Origin: an uncultured Chloroflexia bacterium
Lineage (GTDB): Bacteria > Chloroflexota > Limnocylindria > Limnocylindrales > CSP1-4
Direction: 5' to 3'
Assembly: GCA_963720755.1 (NCBI GenBank)
Contig: CAVRGP010000011.1
Coordinates: 1-64,000, forward strand
Length of the DNA: 64,000 nt
Of the stretch, positions 9,124 to 19,137 are shown piece after piece; positions within the stretch are counted from its first letter, which is position 1; each line of letters begins with the position of its first letter. A model generated the notes under the pieces. That model had not been told where the DNA came from and did no database searches. It was given only the letters and a program-made list of their open reading frames with translations. A program made the translations under genes and the position numbers.

Positions 9124-11787
9124 TCATCGGGTCTTGGGATCCCTGCCTCCGTCCGCCTCCATCAGCATCGCCAGCGCCTCGTCGACGGCCTCTTCGAGCT
9201 GGAGTTCCCGGCCCTGCGCCTGGGCGCGAGCGATCTCGGCCTCGTCGATCTGCCCGGAGTCCAGGGCCGCGCGAACCGGATCGACCAAGAGGCCAGGGTA
9301 TGAGTACGAGATCGACCCGCCGTGCTCGTCGCGCGCGTGCTGGACGGCGGCAGACAGGCGGATGGCGTCGGCGTGCCGACCGACGACCGACGCCCAGCTG
9401 CAGATCAGATCAAGCTGCACCAGCAGGCGCGATGCGTCGCCGATCGCCTTCGTGTCGGCCAGGGCCTCCAGATAGAAAGCGGCGGCCCGATCGAGATCGC
9501 CCGTCATCCGGTACACGTGACCGAGCGCCATCCGGTTGTCGTTGGCGCGCCCCCGGGAGCCGACGGCCACGTTCAGGGCGAGCGCCTCGGTGAGGGCCGC
9601 CGAGGATTCGGCAAACCGACCGGACGTCACCTCGGCAAAGCCGATCGCTTCGACGACACTTGCGATGTTCCGTCGGTCGTCCAGCGCCCTGTAGATGGCC
9701 AGGCTCTCCTTGAACAAGTCGATCGCTCGGCTGGTGTCGGTGCCCATGAAGGTGAACGCGAGGTTCTGGAGCCCGTCGGCGATCCCCCGATCGTCGCCGA
9801 TCGAGCGCAGGACGGCCAGCGCCTCCTCGTAGAGACCCCGGGCAGTCCCGTCGCCTTGCCAGTAGGCGATCCCGCCGGTCGCAGTCAGCCCGAGAGCGCG
9901 CACGGTCGCCGAGGCGCCGGGTAACGCGAGGAGACGGTCAAGCCAGCGCCGGCCCTCGGTCAGCTGGCCCCGCAATTGCCAGAAGCGCCAGATCGAGGCC
10001 CCCAGGCGAATACCGAGTTCGGCATCTTGATGGTCGATCGCCCATTCGAGCGCAGATCGCAGGTTGTCCTGGTCGACGAGCAGCGCCTCGACCGCATCGT
10101 GTGGGTCGCCCGCCGACAGGTGCGGTTCGATGGCGGTCGCCACCTCCAGGAAGTAGGCCGCATGACGGCGAGCGACCGAGTCGGTTTCGCCTCGCTCCGC
10201 GAGATTGACGCGGCCGACATCCTGGATGGTCCGGAGTATCGCGAACCGGGGTCCGGCATCCGCGATCCGCCGGACGAGGCTCTGATCGACCAGCGAAGAC
10301 ACGCCGTCGAGAACGTCGATCCCGAGATCGGCCGGCTGGCAGACAGCGTCCGCCGCGGCAAGGTGCCAGCTCCCGGAGAATGTCGATAGCCGGTCGAACA
10401 GGTGGCGTTCCGGCTCCTCGAGGAGGTCCAGGCTCCAGACGATCGTGCCGAGGATCGAGCGCTGCCGAAGCGGCACATTCGGCGACCGGCTCGAGAGCAC
10501 GTCGAGATGCTGTTCGAGTCGACCAAGGATGGCGTCCGGTGGGAGCAACTTGATCCGCGCTGCCGCGAGTTCGATGGCGAGGGGCAGGCCGTCGAGGCGG
10601 TTGCAGATCGCGGCGACCGACGCGGCATTCTGAGCGTTCATCGAGAACCCCGGGCGGACCGCCGTGGCCCGCTCGACGAAGAGCTGGACGGCCTCGAACT
10701 GCTCGAGCTCCGCGAGTGGTGGCAAGGCCCGCGGATCCGGCAGACGCAGCGGGTCGAGCGGGAATTCCTGCTCGCCGGCGATCTGGAGCGAGGTGCGACT
10801 CGTCGCGAGCACCCGTAGTCCGGGCACGCGTCGGAGCATCCGTTCGACGAGGCCGGCGGCCGACACGACCTGCTCGAAATTGTCGAGGACGAGCAGCAGT
10901 CGACGCTCCCCAAGGTGGCTCGCCAGCAGTTCCTCCGCCGGTCGATCTTCCTCGCGCAGGCCGAGCGCCTGGATGATCGTCGATGCGACCAGGCTTGGAT
11001 CGCTCACTGCATCGAGCGCAACGAACGAAGCGCCGTGGCCAAGGGCGGCCTGACTCCGACGGGCCACTTCCATGGCCAGGCGGGTCTTGCCCATCCCGCC
11101 GGGACCGGTCAGGGTCACGAGCCGGCTATCGCGGAGCAGCCCAAGCACCGCATCGATGTCGTCAGCGCGACCGACGATGGAGGAGAGTGGGGTCGGGATC
11201 TCCATCGCTGGCCCCCCGACGGTCCGCGGCGCCGGGAAGTGCGTCGGGGGCCCCGCCACGATGATCTCGAAGAGACGTTCCGGTCGGTCAAGGTCCTTGA
11301 GCCGGTGCAGCCCCAGGTCGCGCGCTGTGACACCCTCCGGCATCGCTCCCTCGGCCAGCGCATGGGTCGTCGCCGACGTCAGGATCTGTCCGCCGTGGGC
11401 AGCCGATGCGATCCGGGCCGCCCGGTGGACGTCCAGCCCGACGTAGTCGTCACCGCCGAGTTGCCCGGCACCGGTATGCAATCCCATCCGGACTTTCACG
11501 GGGAAGCCGTCCGGCCACGGCCCTGTGGCGAGCGCGCGTTGGCAGTCGATCGCGGCGAGCAGCGCATCGGCAGCGGACCCGAACACGGCGAAGAACGCGT
11601 CGCCTTCGGTGCTGACCTCAATGCCCTGGTGATCGCGGAGCGCGACCCGAACGAGGCGCGCATGAGTCTCCAGCAGCGCTGGATAGCGCTCCCCGAGCGA
11701 CTGGACGAGGCGGGTCGATCCCTCGATATCGGTGAACAGGAACGTCACGGTCCCCGTGGGCAGCGCCGTTGATCGTCTCCGCGCCAT
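9124..11787 (-). CDS. Class III adenylate/guanylate cyclase-NTPase-TPR protein
   Basis: LPTGTVTFLFTDIEGST, EGDAFF, GPGGMGKT, VLDNFEQ, LDGLPLAIELAAAR and TPR-like repeats. Confidence 0.92.
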   Translation of the reverse strand: MARRRSTALPTGTVTFLFTDIEGSTRLVQSLGERYPALLETHARLVRVALRDHQGIEVSTEGDAFFAVFGSAADALLAAIDCQRALATGPWPDGFPVKVRMGLHTGAGQLGGDDYVGLDVHRAARIASAAHGGQILTSATTHALAEGAMPEGVTARDLGLHRLKDLDRPERLFEIIVAGPPTHFPAPRTVGGPAMEIPTPLSSIVGRADDIDAVLGLLRDSRLVTLTGPGGMGKTRLAMEVARRSQAALGHGASFVALDAVSDPSLVASTIIQALGLREEDRPAEELLASHLGERRLLLVLDNFEQVVSAAGLVERMLRRVPGLRVLATSRTSLQIAGEQEFPLDPLRLPDPRALPPLAELEQFEAVQLFVERATAVRPGFSMNAQNAASVAAICNRLDGLPLAIELAAARIKLLPPDAILGRLEQHLDVLSSRSPNVPLRQRSILGTIVWSLDLLEEPERHLFDRLSTFSGSWHLAAADAVCQPADLGIDVLDGVSSLVDQSLVRRIADAGPRFAILRTIQDVGRVNLAERGETDSVARRHAAYFLEVATAIEPHLSAGDPHDAVEALLVDQDNLRSALEWAIDHQDAELGIRLGASIWRFWQLRGQLTEGRRWLDRLLALPGASATVRALGLTATGGIAYWQGDGTARGLYEEALAVLRSIGDDRGIADGLQNLAFTFMGTDTSRAIDLFKESLAIYRALDDRRNIASVVEAIGFAEVTSGRFAESSAALTEALALNVAVGSRGRANDNRMALGHVYRMTGDLDRAAAFYLEALADTKAIGDASRLLVQLDLICSWASVVGRHADAIRLSAAVQHARDEHGGSISYSYPGLLVDPVRAALDSGQIDEAEIARAQAQGRELQLEEAVDEALAMLMEADGGRDPKTR

Positions 11788-11921
11788 GCCCCCGAGTCTG
11801 CCACGCGCGGTCCATGCGGCGCTCGGTCCATCCCGCGGGCACGCCGAACGCACGACGACAGGCGGATGGCACAATGTGCCCTCCCCGCGGCGGCCCGCTG
11901 GGTCGCAGAGGAGAATGCCCA

Positions 11922-13283
11922 GTGGAACCAGGCGGGAGCGACACGGCGGCGACGCTCACCTCGGTGACCGGGTCCGGCAGCGAACGGGATGACCCCGAGA
12001 TCTCGGTCGGCCCGGATCGGCCCGTTCACCCGTACATCCATGTAGTCGTCGTCGCCGTCATCGGAGCGGTCTCGGTGCTCGTCTGGCTCACGTTCTACGA
12101 GACGGTGAACCGGCTTCTCTGGGAGAACGACTTCGTATCGTCGAATCCGTGGGTGTTCCCGGTCATCTGCCTGCCGTTCTGTCTCGTTGTCGGCCTGCTC
12201 GTGAAATACCGCCACGCGCCGACGTCCCTGAATGAGTCGATGCTGGACAGCATGTCTGGTGACACGTCCGCCATCGATTGGAGGACCCTCCCGATCGCGG
12301 TCGTCATGCCCCTGGTTTCCTTGTTCTCTGGAGCCGTCCTCGGTCCGGAGGGCGGGATCGGCGGGATCTCAGCACGCCTCGCGGTGCTCTACGCGGAGAA
12401 GGTCGGGATCCCGATCGAACAGCGGTCGCGCCTTGTCTTCTCGACCCTCGCTTCCGCGTTCAACGGTCTCGTTGCGAACCCGCTGTTCACCGGCGTCCTC
12501 GGAACGGAGTTGGTCAAGGACCCGCAGGTCCGGTCCCAGAACCTCCCGGCCAACCTCGTCGGTGGATCGATCGGCTTCCTCATCTTCTTCGCGGCTGGCA
12601 GCACCGGCCTGGAGAACTACCTCCACCTGACCTCGACCCAGGCGTTGCAGCCGGTCGATCTCGTCCTCGTCGTCCTCTTCGGGTTGCTCGGACTCGTGCT
12701 CGCGGTCATCACCGGCCTGTTCTTCCGGTTAGCGGCCCGATCGCTTGGCGCATTCGCTGATCGCCCCGTGGAGCGAGCGCTGATCGCCGGCGTCGTGTTC
12801 AGCGTCGTCGGCGTCGTCGCGCCGATCGTTCTCTTCTCGGGCGAGACGCAGATCCAGACGGTCGTCGCCGACCCGGCGAAGTACGGCGCACCGGTGCTGG
12901 TCGCGATGGCCTTCGTGAAGTTGGCGCTCCTTGCGGTTGCGTTCAAAGGAGGTTTCCTGGGTGGCCCGACGTTCCCCTCCATCTTCGCCACCACCTGTGT
13001 CGCGCTCGCGTTGAGTCTCCTCCTGCCGGGGGTGCGGAGCGACGTGATCATCGGCGGGGTCATGGCCGGCTTCCTGGTCGTCCTATTCAAGGCGCCGTTC
13101 ATGGTCATCCTGCTGACCGCCGTCATGCTCCAGGCCACCCCAGAGCTCACCGCCCTGATCGTGCTGGCGGTCGCGGCGGTCCTGATCGTCCAGCCGTACG
13201 TGCTCGCCGCCATCTCGGCTCGCCAGGCTGCGCGGCGTGGCGAGCGTCCGCCCGCGGCAAACGGCACTGGGTCGCGAGGATAA
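11922..13283 (+). CDS. CLC (EriC/YfeO-like) chloride channel/transporter
   Basis: Multi-TM protein with SLFSGAVLGPEGG, LFSGE and GFLGGPTFP motifs. Start inferred at GTG after AGGAG. Confidence 0.8.
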   Translation: MEPGGSDTAATLTSVTGSGSERDDPEISVGPDRPVHPYIHVVVVAVIGAVSVLVWLTFYETVNRLLWENDFVSSNPWVFPVICLPFCLVVGLLVKYRHAPTSLNESMLDSMSGDTSAIDWRTLPIAVVMPLVSLFSGAVLGPEGGIGGISARLAVLYAEKVGIPIEQRSRLVFSTLASAFNGLVANPLFTGVLGTELVKDPQVRSQNLPANLVGGSIGFLIFFAAGSTGLENYLHLTSTQALQPVDLVLVVLFGLLGLVLAVITGLFFRLAARSLGAFADRPVERALIAGVVFSVVGVVAPIVLFSGETQIQTVVADPAKYGAPVLVAMAFVKLALLAVAFKGGFLGGPTFPSIFATTCVALALSLLLPGVRSDVIIGGVMAGFLVVLFKAPFMVILLTAVMLQATPELTALIVLAVAAVLIVQPYVLAAISARQAARRGERPPAANGTGSRG

Positions 13284-13351
13284 GCTAGAGCGGTGGCAGC
13301 GATAGGATGGCACATGCGCGCCCACGAGCGGACCCCCTGGAGGCCGACCAC

Positions 13352-15562
13352 GTGACTCCTGGCGACCATCCCTCGCCGACCGGGCCCACGACGACGCTGG
13401 TGCCCGTCTGGCTCGAGAACCTCGAGGCCTTTGGCTGGCGGATCATCGTCATCGTTGGGCTCGGTGTCGTTCTCTCCTGGTTCGCGCTCGTCCTCATCGC
13501 GGAGACCGCCTCGCTCGTCCTCTCCGCGATCATCGCCGCAGCGGCCGCGCCGCTCCTCATCTCCCTGCAGGCGCGCGGTTGGTCGCGAGTCCGCGCGGCG
13601 CTCGCGACCTGGGCCGCCGTCGGCGCGATCATCGTCGGCGCTATCGCCCTGGTCGCCATCGCGTTCGTTCCGTATATCTCCGGGTTTCTCGAGGCCCTGC
13701 AGCACGGTCTCGATGCGATCCGAAACGGGTCGGCCGGGATCACCGTCCCCACGGAGATCTCGTCCGCGATCGCAGCGGTGGCATCCGTGGTGAGCTCGTA
13801 CGCCAAGGAGCAGGTGGGCGACCTCGCCGCGCGCGTGTCCTTGACCGCAACCATCGCGATCCTGAGCACGTTCCTCACGTTCTTCATCCTGCTCGATGCC
13901 GACCGCGGAGCCGATTGGGCGCTCCAGGGTCTGCCGGGGGCCAAGCGAGCCGCCATGCGTGAGCGTGGGCGCGTCGCCGCGTTTCGGGTCGGCGGTCTGG
14001 TCCGGGTGACGGCCGCCGCATCTGCGGTCCGGGCGGTGGTGATGTTCGCGGTGATGTTGGTCCTCGCAACGCCGTTCGCCGGGCCGCTCGCAGCGGTCCT
14101 TCTCGTCTGCGGGCTGATCCCGTACCTGGGCGCCCTCGTGGCGACATTCGCCATCGTCCTCGTGGCGCTCGGCGCGCAGGGTCTCGGTCCTGCCCTGCTC
14201 GTGACCTTGGCGGCGGTCGCACTTGAGGTGGCACTGACCGTGCGACGGTCCCGCCAGGAGGGTTCGGCGGCCATGCGTGTCCATCCTGCCGTCGCGCTTC
14301 TCTCGCTCCCGATCGGCGCGTTTGCCGCAGGGTTGGTCGGGATGATCGTGGCGGTGCCGGTCGCCGCCTTCCTCCAGCAGATGACCGGCACGGCGCTTGC
14401 CGCCTTCGAGCCGCGCCTGCCGACGATGTCGTCCACCGGCCCGGTGGTCCCGGGCTGGCTGGACAGCCTTGCGAGCTGGAGTCGCGGCCTGCTTGTCGGG
14501 GTGGCCCTGCTCGCAGGCCTCACCGTGCTCGCGATCCAGCTTGCCGGCCCCGTCCTCGCCATCGTCCTCGCCGCGGTCCTCGCCGCCACCCTCGCGCCGG
14601 CGGCGGCCGCTCTCAAGCGGCGTGGAGCGGGGCCGACGATCGCGGCGGCGGGCGCCACCGTGGGCCTGATCGCCGGGATCGGCGTGATCGTCGGCCTGAC
14701 GATCGCCTCACTTGCGACGAACATGAGCCAGGTCACGAGCGCGGCGAGTACAGGATCCTCGACCATCAACGACGCCACGAACGGCTCGATCGGGTGGTTC
14801 CCGGAACTTGTGTCGAAGGTTTCGGGCGGGGCCCTCGACGGGGTCGTTGCGTTCGCGGCGATCCCCCAGGGTCTCGTCTTCGTCGCGACGCTCGCCGCCT
14901 TTCTGACATTCTTCTTCCTTCGCGACGGCGAAGCCGCCTGGCGCTGGGCCACGCGGATGCTGGCCGGCTGGCGACGGCGTGAAGTGGACGCCGCGGGCTC
15001 CCGGGCGGTCGGCGTTCTCGGTGGCTACATGATCGCGACGGGCGTCATCTCGGCCTTCGGAGCGGCCACCCAGTTCGCCATCATGGCCGTACTCGGGATC
15101 CCGCTGGCACTCCCGCTCGCCGTCCTGTCGTTCTTCGGCGGCTTCATCCCGTACATCGGCTCATTCATCACGACCGGCATCGCGTTCCTCGTCACGGTCG
15201 CGGTCGGGACGCCAACGGACATCGCGGTGATGGGCGTGTTCACGATCGTCTTCAACATCGTGCAGGGCAACTTCGTGGCGCCTCTCGTCTACGGGCGAGC
15301 GGTGAGCATCCACCCAGCGATCGTGCTCGTCGCCATCCCTGCCGGATCCACGATCGCGGGCGTGTTCGGGATGTTCATCGTCGTCCCGTTCATCGGCGTC
15401 ATCGTCGCAACCTGGCGGACCGTCCTGCTCGTTCTCGGCGACGCCCCGGCAGATGCCGATCCCGGAACGCCCAGTGCCGGGAGCGCGGAGGCGGCCGACG
15501 ATCCGCGGCCCGAGCCCGACGGGACCGAGGGCGTGCCTCCGTCACCGCTGCCGGCGACATGA
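13352..15562 (+). CDS. AI-2E family transporter with two tandem domains
   Basis: Duplicated motifs FLTFFILLD/FLTFFFLRDG, LIPYLG/FIPYIG and VHPA/IHPA. Confidence 0.85.
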   Translation: MTPGDHPSPTGPTTTLVPVWLENLEAFGWRIIVIVGLGVVLSWFALVLIAETASLVLSAIIAAAAAPLLISLQARGWSRVRAALATWAAVGAIIVGAIALVAIAFVPYISGFLEALQHGLDAIRNGSAGITVPTEISSAIAAVASVVSSYAKEQVGDLAARVSLTATIAILSTFLTFFILLDADRGADWALQGLPGAKRAAMRERGRVAAFRVGGLVRVTAAASAVRAVVMFAVMLVLATPFAGPLAAVLLVCGLIPYLGALVATFAIVLVALGAQGLGPALLVTLAAVALEVALTVRRSRQEGSAAMRVHPAVALLSLPIGAFAAGLVGMIVAVPVAAFLQQMTGTALAAFEPRLPTMSSTGPVVPGWLDSLASWSRGLLVGVALLAGLTVLAIQLAGPVLAIVLAAVLAATLAPAAAALKRRGAGPTIAAAGATVGLIAGIGVIVGLTIASLATNMSQVTSAASTGSSTINDATNGSIGWFPELVSKVSGGALDGVVAFAAIPQGLVFVATLAAFLTFFFLRDGEAAWRWATRMLAGWRRREVDAAGSRAVGVLGGYMIATGVISAFGAATQFAIMAVLGIPLALPLAVLSFFGGFIPYIGSFITTGIAFLVTVAVGTPTDIAVMGVFTIVFNIVQGNFVAPLVYGRAVSIHPAIVLVAIPAGSTIAGVFGMFIVVPFIGVIVATWRTVLLVLGDAPADADPGTPSAGSAEAADDPRPEPDGTEGVPPSPLPAT

Positions 15563-15626
15563 CGGCGCCGCGATGTTGATCCCAAAACCTGGTCCCACGA
15601 CATGAGCGGGTGGAGGTGACCGAGAG

Positions 15627-16766
15627 ATGAGCGATCCCGGAACCAAACCGCCCGACACCACGTCGGCAACCGACGCGACCACGGACCCGGCCACGGCCGC
15701 GGCCCCGCCGAGCCGCCGATCCGCCCTCATGCGGTCCGGCCTGATCGTCGGCGTCCTCGTGGTCGTCTTCGTCGTCATCCTGCCGCGCTACATCGACTAT
15801 TCCGAGGTCGTCGCGGCATTCGAGGCGCTGACGCCCGACCAGTTCGTATTCATCAGCGCGCTCGGCCTGATCGCGTGGATCGTCAGCGGCCTCGTCTTCT
15901 GCGCCCTTATCCCTGGCCTCTCGGCCGTCCGCGGGACGGAGTCCTGGCTCATCCTGTCGGGCATCGGCTCGAGCGTCCCATTCGGTCCCTGGAACATGGG
16001 CGTCCTGTGGGTCGTCGTTCGCGGCTGGGGTGTCGCCAACATCCCGGCGACCTCGGGCATCGCCCTGTACGGCGTCGTCAACATCCTGAGCCGCCTGTCG
16101 CTGCCACTCTTCGCGATCGCCACTTTGGCACTGACCTCCGGCCTTCCGACGACCGATAGCGGGACCGCGTGGGCGATCGCGATCATCAGCGCCGCCGCAT
16201 TCGTCGTCGCGACCCTGCTCATCTTCGCGATCGTCCGCTCGGAGCGGATCGCCGACTGGCTCGGCCGAACCGGGCAGCGGATCGTGACCTGGCTCATGGG
16301 CCGGTTGCACCGGACCTCGGTCCCGGATGTCTCGGCCGCGATCCATCGTTTCCGTGACCAGCTCGGGGTGGTCATCCGTCGCCGCGGCGTGGTTGCCCTC
16401 GGAACCTCCATCCTGTCGCAGTTCGCCTGGATGATCGTGCTCACCGTTTCCCTCCGGATCATGGGGATCCCGGAGAGTGTCCTCAGCCTGGGCGACATCT
16501 TCGCCGTCTATGCCCTCGTCATGGTCATCACCATCATCCCGCTGTCGCCGGGCGGCGCCGGCGTGCCCGAGTTGTTGTTCATCTCGATGTTCTCGGCCAT
16601 CGCCGGCGACCAGAACGAAGCGGCGATCACCGCCGGCGTCTTCCTGTACCGGCTCTACTTCTGGTTCGTGCCGATCCCGCTGGCCTGGATCCTCCTCAAG
16701 CTGTCGCGGCGCGGAAAGTCCATGCTGCCGGGCACCTCGGAACTCAAGGCCGCTGCCCGCGGGTGA
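15627..16766 (+). CDS. Lysylphosphatidylglycerol synthase-like transmembrane (UPF0104/flippase-like) protein
   Basis: IPLSPGGAGVPE and LYRLYFWFVPIPLAW motifs; multi-TM. Confidence 0.85.
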   Translation: MSDPGTKPPDTTSATDATTDPATAAAPPSRRSALMRSGLIVGVLVVVFVVILPRYIDYSEVVAAFEALTPDQFVFISALGLIAWIVSGLVFCALIPGLSAVRGTESWLILSGIGSSVPFGPWNMGVLWVVVRGWGVANIPATSGIALYGVVNILSRLSLPLFAIATLALTSGLPTTDSGTAWAIAIISAAAFVVATLLIFAIVRSERIADWLGRTGQRIVTWLMGRLHRTSVPDVSAAIHRFRDQLGVVIRRRGVVALGTSILSQFAWMIVLTVSLRIMGIPESVLSLGDIFAVYALVMVITIIPLSPGGAGVPELLFISMFSAIAGDQNEAAITAGVFLYRLYFWFVPIPLAWILLKLSRRGKSMLPGTSELKAAARG

Positions 16767-17583
16767 CCGAGCCGGCGGATCCGGGTCGAGCCGTTCGGAT
16801 ATCTCCGCGGATCCGTTCCGCCATGGCGTCCTCGACCACGGTGTCCGGATCGCGCAGGCCGCCGAGGCCGGCCTTCACGCCGACGAGGCCGGCGTAGAGC
16901 GGGGGACAGGTCGGGCAGGTCTCGAGGTGTCCTTCGACGGCGGCCCGCGTGCCTGCGTCAAGTTCGCCGTCGAGATAGGCCGACACATGCCGCCGCGCAC
17001 GCCAGCAGCGGAGTGGCTGGGCGAGGCTCGCGAGTCGTCGCTCATCTCCCTCGGCGAGGGCGCTCACCAACATCATCCGTCCCCTCCGCAGTCGCTGTTT
17101 CGTCGCGGCCAGGCCAGCGTCCATGGCATGCGCGATCTCGGGCGCCGTCCAGCCGACGACGTCGTGGAGGACGACCGGCACTCGGTAGATCACCGGCAGT
17201 CGCGCCAGTGCATCCTCGAGCTCATCGTGAAGCTCGGCCCGCTCCAGGACCCGCTGCGGCGCGACCGAGTAGTGATCGTCCCGCCAATCGGCCTCGACGG
17301 CATCGATGTCGAGCTCATCGTGGTGGACCCGCGACCGGTCGATGACGCGGTTGACGAGACTTCGACGGAGCCAGGCGGAGAGGGCGGCCGGATCACGCAG
17401 TTGGTCTTGACGCCGCCACGCCCCGACGATGGTCTCCTGCGCGCAATCCTCGGCCTGATCCGCGTCCCTGACCAGCCGGGTCGCGAGCCGGACGAGCTTC
17501 GGGAGCTCAGCGACCAGTGCTTCGGCGAACTGGTCTGCGCCGGCTCGGTCGCTGGCGGCCGGCGCGTTCAGGTCTGGGGTCAA
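16744..17583 (-). CDS. ECF sigma-70 factor fused to C-terminal zf-HC2 (ZAS) zinc finger
   Basis: DQAEDCAQET (region 2), EIAHAMD...TKQRLRRGR (region 4), then C....HVSAYLDGEL...HLETCPTC. Confidence 0.9.
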   Translation of the reverse strand: MTPDLNAPAASDRAGADQFAEALVAELPKLVRLATRLVRDADQAEDCAQETIVGAWRRQDQLRDPAALSAWLRRSLVNRVIDRSRVHHDELDIDAVEADWRDDHYSVAPQRVLERAELHDELEDALARLPVIYRVPVVLHDVVGWTAPEIAHAMDAGLAATKQRLRRGRMMLVSALAEGDERRLASLAQPLRCWRARRHVSAYLDGELDAGTRAAVEGHLETCPTCPPLYAGLVGVKAGLGGLRDPDTVVEDAMAERIRGDIRTARPGSAGSVTRGQRP

Positions 17584-17607
17584 GGCGTAGCACCTGGATG
17601 CGGACGA

Positions 17608-17820
17608 TCAGTGGGCGACCCGACGCGTGCCGATGTGGAGTACGGCATACAGCGGGCAGAACCCAACGATACCGGTCACGACCAGGATCGCGGCGACGAG
17701 CCACACGGCATACAGGATGGGTGCGGTCACGACACCGGCGACCGCGGCGGCGCCGAGGGCGACGCCCAGGACGATCCGGATGATGCGATCGAGCGGTGAT
17801 TCGTTGTTGGTCAGCTTCAT
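17608..17820 (-). CDS. DUF2892 (YgaP-like) small membrane protein
   Basis: NES.LDRIIRIVLG...TGIVGFCPLY. Confidence 0.88.
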   Translation of the reverse strand: MKLTNNESPLDRIIRIVLGVALGAAAVAGVVTAPILYAVWLVAAILVVTGIVGFCPLYAVLHIGTRRVAH

Positions 17821-17864
17821 GGTCGTGTCCTCGCGATGTCGAGCCATCTGCCCGCTTCTATCCG

Positions 17865-17935
17865 GTAGACGAGATGTCGACCGCCATGGATACATCGCGG
17901 GTCGGTGTATCGCCAGCGTCCCGGTTCACGTCAAC
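17865..17935. promoter_or_regulatory. Back-to-back ECF promoters TGTATC-N17-CGTC(A/T)AC
   Basis: Plus strand: TGTATC 17906-11 and CGTCAAC from 17929. Minus strand: TGTATC 17894-89 and CGTCTAC from 17871. Both spacers are 17 nt. Confidence 0.75.
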
Positions 17936-17987
17936 GATTCGAGGAGCACGGCATGATGTCGTGGTCGACACCCAGGAGGTCAAGAGC

Positions 17988-19004
17988 GTGCCCGTCGCGC
18001 TATCCACTCGCCCCAGGCTGACGAGCCGCGCACTCCGGCGCTGGGTCCCGCCGCTTGTCCGGCACCTCCCGGCGATCGCGTCCGCGTACCTCCTGCCGGG
18101 TCGCGTGGCGCCGCCCGTGCGCGAGGCGGCGATGCTCGGGGTGACCTCGATCAATCGGTGCGATGCCTGCGAGGCGTTCCACGGCCGATGGGCGAGGCAC
18201 GTCGGTCTCCGCGTGGGCGCCCTCTCGACCGAAGAAGCGGCGGCCTACGGTTTCGGGCAGCGCATCGCGGTCATCGGCCCACGGGCCGCGCGGCCACCGG
18301 CGTCCATGCGCGATCGGCATCAACACGAACTGCGTGGGGTCGCGATCCTGATGGAGCTCGCGAACCTCTCCGGCAACCGGTTCCTGCCGCGTCGGGTCGC
18401 CAAGCCCCGCCTGCAGGTCGGGGACCTGCGCACGGCCCGACTGCTCGACGCGGGCATGCGTGCCGCGGACCGAGTCGGCTTGCGGCACGCCCGGCGACGA
18501 GTCGCAGGACGCGCCCGTGGCGACACGCTTGAGATCGGGATCGGGACCGGCACGAACCTGGAGGTCTACCCAGCCGACGCGGCCGTCCAGGGCATCGATA
18601 TCAGCGCTCCCGCGCTCTCGGTCGCGACCGGACGCGCGGATCGGATCGGGCGCCGGGTGACCCTGGTCGAGGGCGACGCAGCCGCCCTCCCGTTCGGCGA
18701 CGCGAGCTTCGACACGGTCGTCGCGACGTTCGCCCTGTGTTCCGTCGCGGATGTCGGTCGCAGTCTCGGCGAGGCCCGGAGGGTCCTGCGTCCCGGTGGC
18801 ACCATCCGCCTGCTTGAGCATGCGCGCTCTCAGCGCTCCGCGATCGGCGCACTCCAGGATCGATCGGCTCCCGCCTGGGCGCGCGTGAGCGGCGGCTGCC
18901 GCCTCGACCACGATGTGCTTCGCTCCGTGCGGGACGCGGGTTTCACGGTGATCGAGGAGCGGTCTCGGGCCGGTGGACTGCTCATGGAGATCGTGGCTGC
19001 CTGA
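17988..19004 (+). CDS. AhpD/CMD-like domain fused to class I SAM methyltransferase
   Basis: GTG after AGGAGG. REAAMLGVTSINRCDACEAFH (CxxC-xxx-H), then LEIGIGTG.N, SFDTVV.TFALCSV, RRVLRPGG, LLEH, GGCRLD. Confidence 0.8.
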   Translation: MPVALSTRPRLTSRALRRWVPPLVRHLPAIASAYLLPGRVAPPVREAAMLGVTSINRCDACEAFHGRWARHVGLRVGALSTEEAAAYGFGQRIAVIGPRAARPPASMRDRHQHELRGVAILMELANLSGNRFLPRRVAKPRLQVGDLRTARLLDAGMRAADRVGLRHARRRVAGRARGDTLEIGIGTGTNLEVYPADAAVQGIDISAPALSVATGRADRIGRRVTLVEGDAAALPFGDASFDTVVATFALCSVADVGRSLGEARRVLRPGGTIRLLEHARSQRSAIGALQDRSAPAWARVSGGCRLDHDVLRSVRDAGFTVIEERSRAGGLLMEIVAA

Positions 19005-19137
19005 ATCGAACGGCGACACCCGCGACGACACCGGCGGCGTCAGCCAGGGGCCCACGTCCACCAAGGATGGTCGGCGCGCCGACCGAGAGTTCGGGGGCGC
19101 ACCGCACGCTTCCAGTCGCGCTGGTACGCTCCGGCGG

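Noticed and set aside
11922-13283. Fluoride-specific CLC-F with fluoride riboswitch
   Set aside because: Lacks the GNNLI/GREGT signatures, and no riboswitch was recognised upstream.
12617-14952. Long antisense ORFs (555 aa each), and similar ones at 48709-50673 and 60725-62425
   Set aside because: Shadow ORFs of high-GC coding strands; Arg/Pro-rich or featureless, and opposite well-supported genes.
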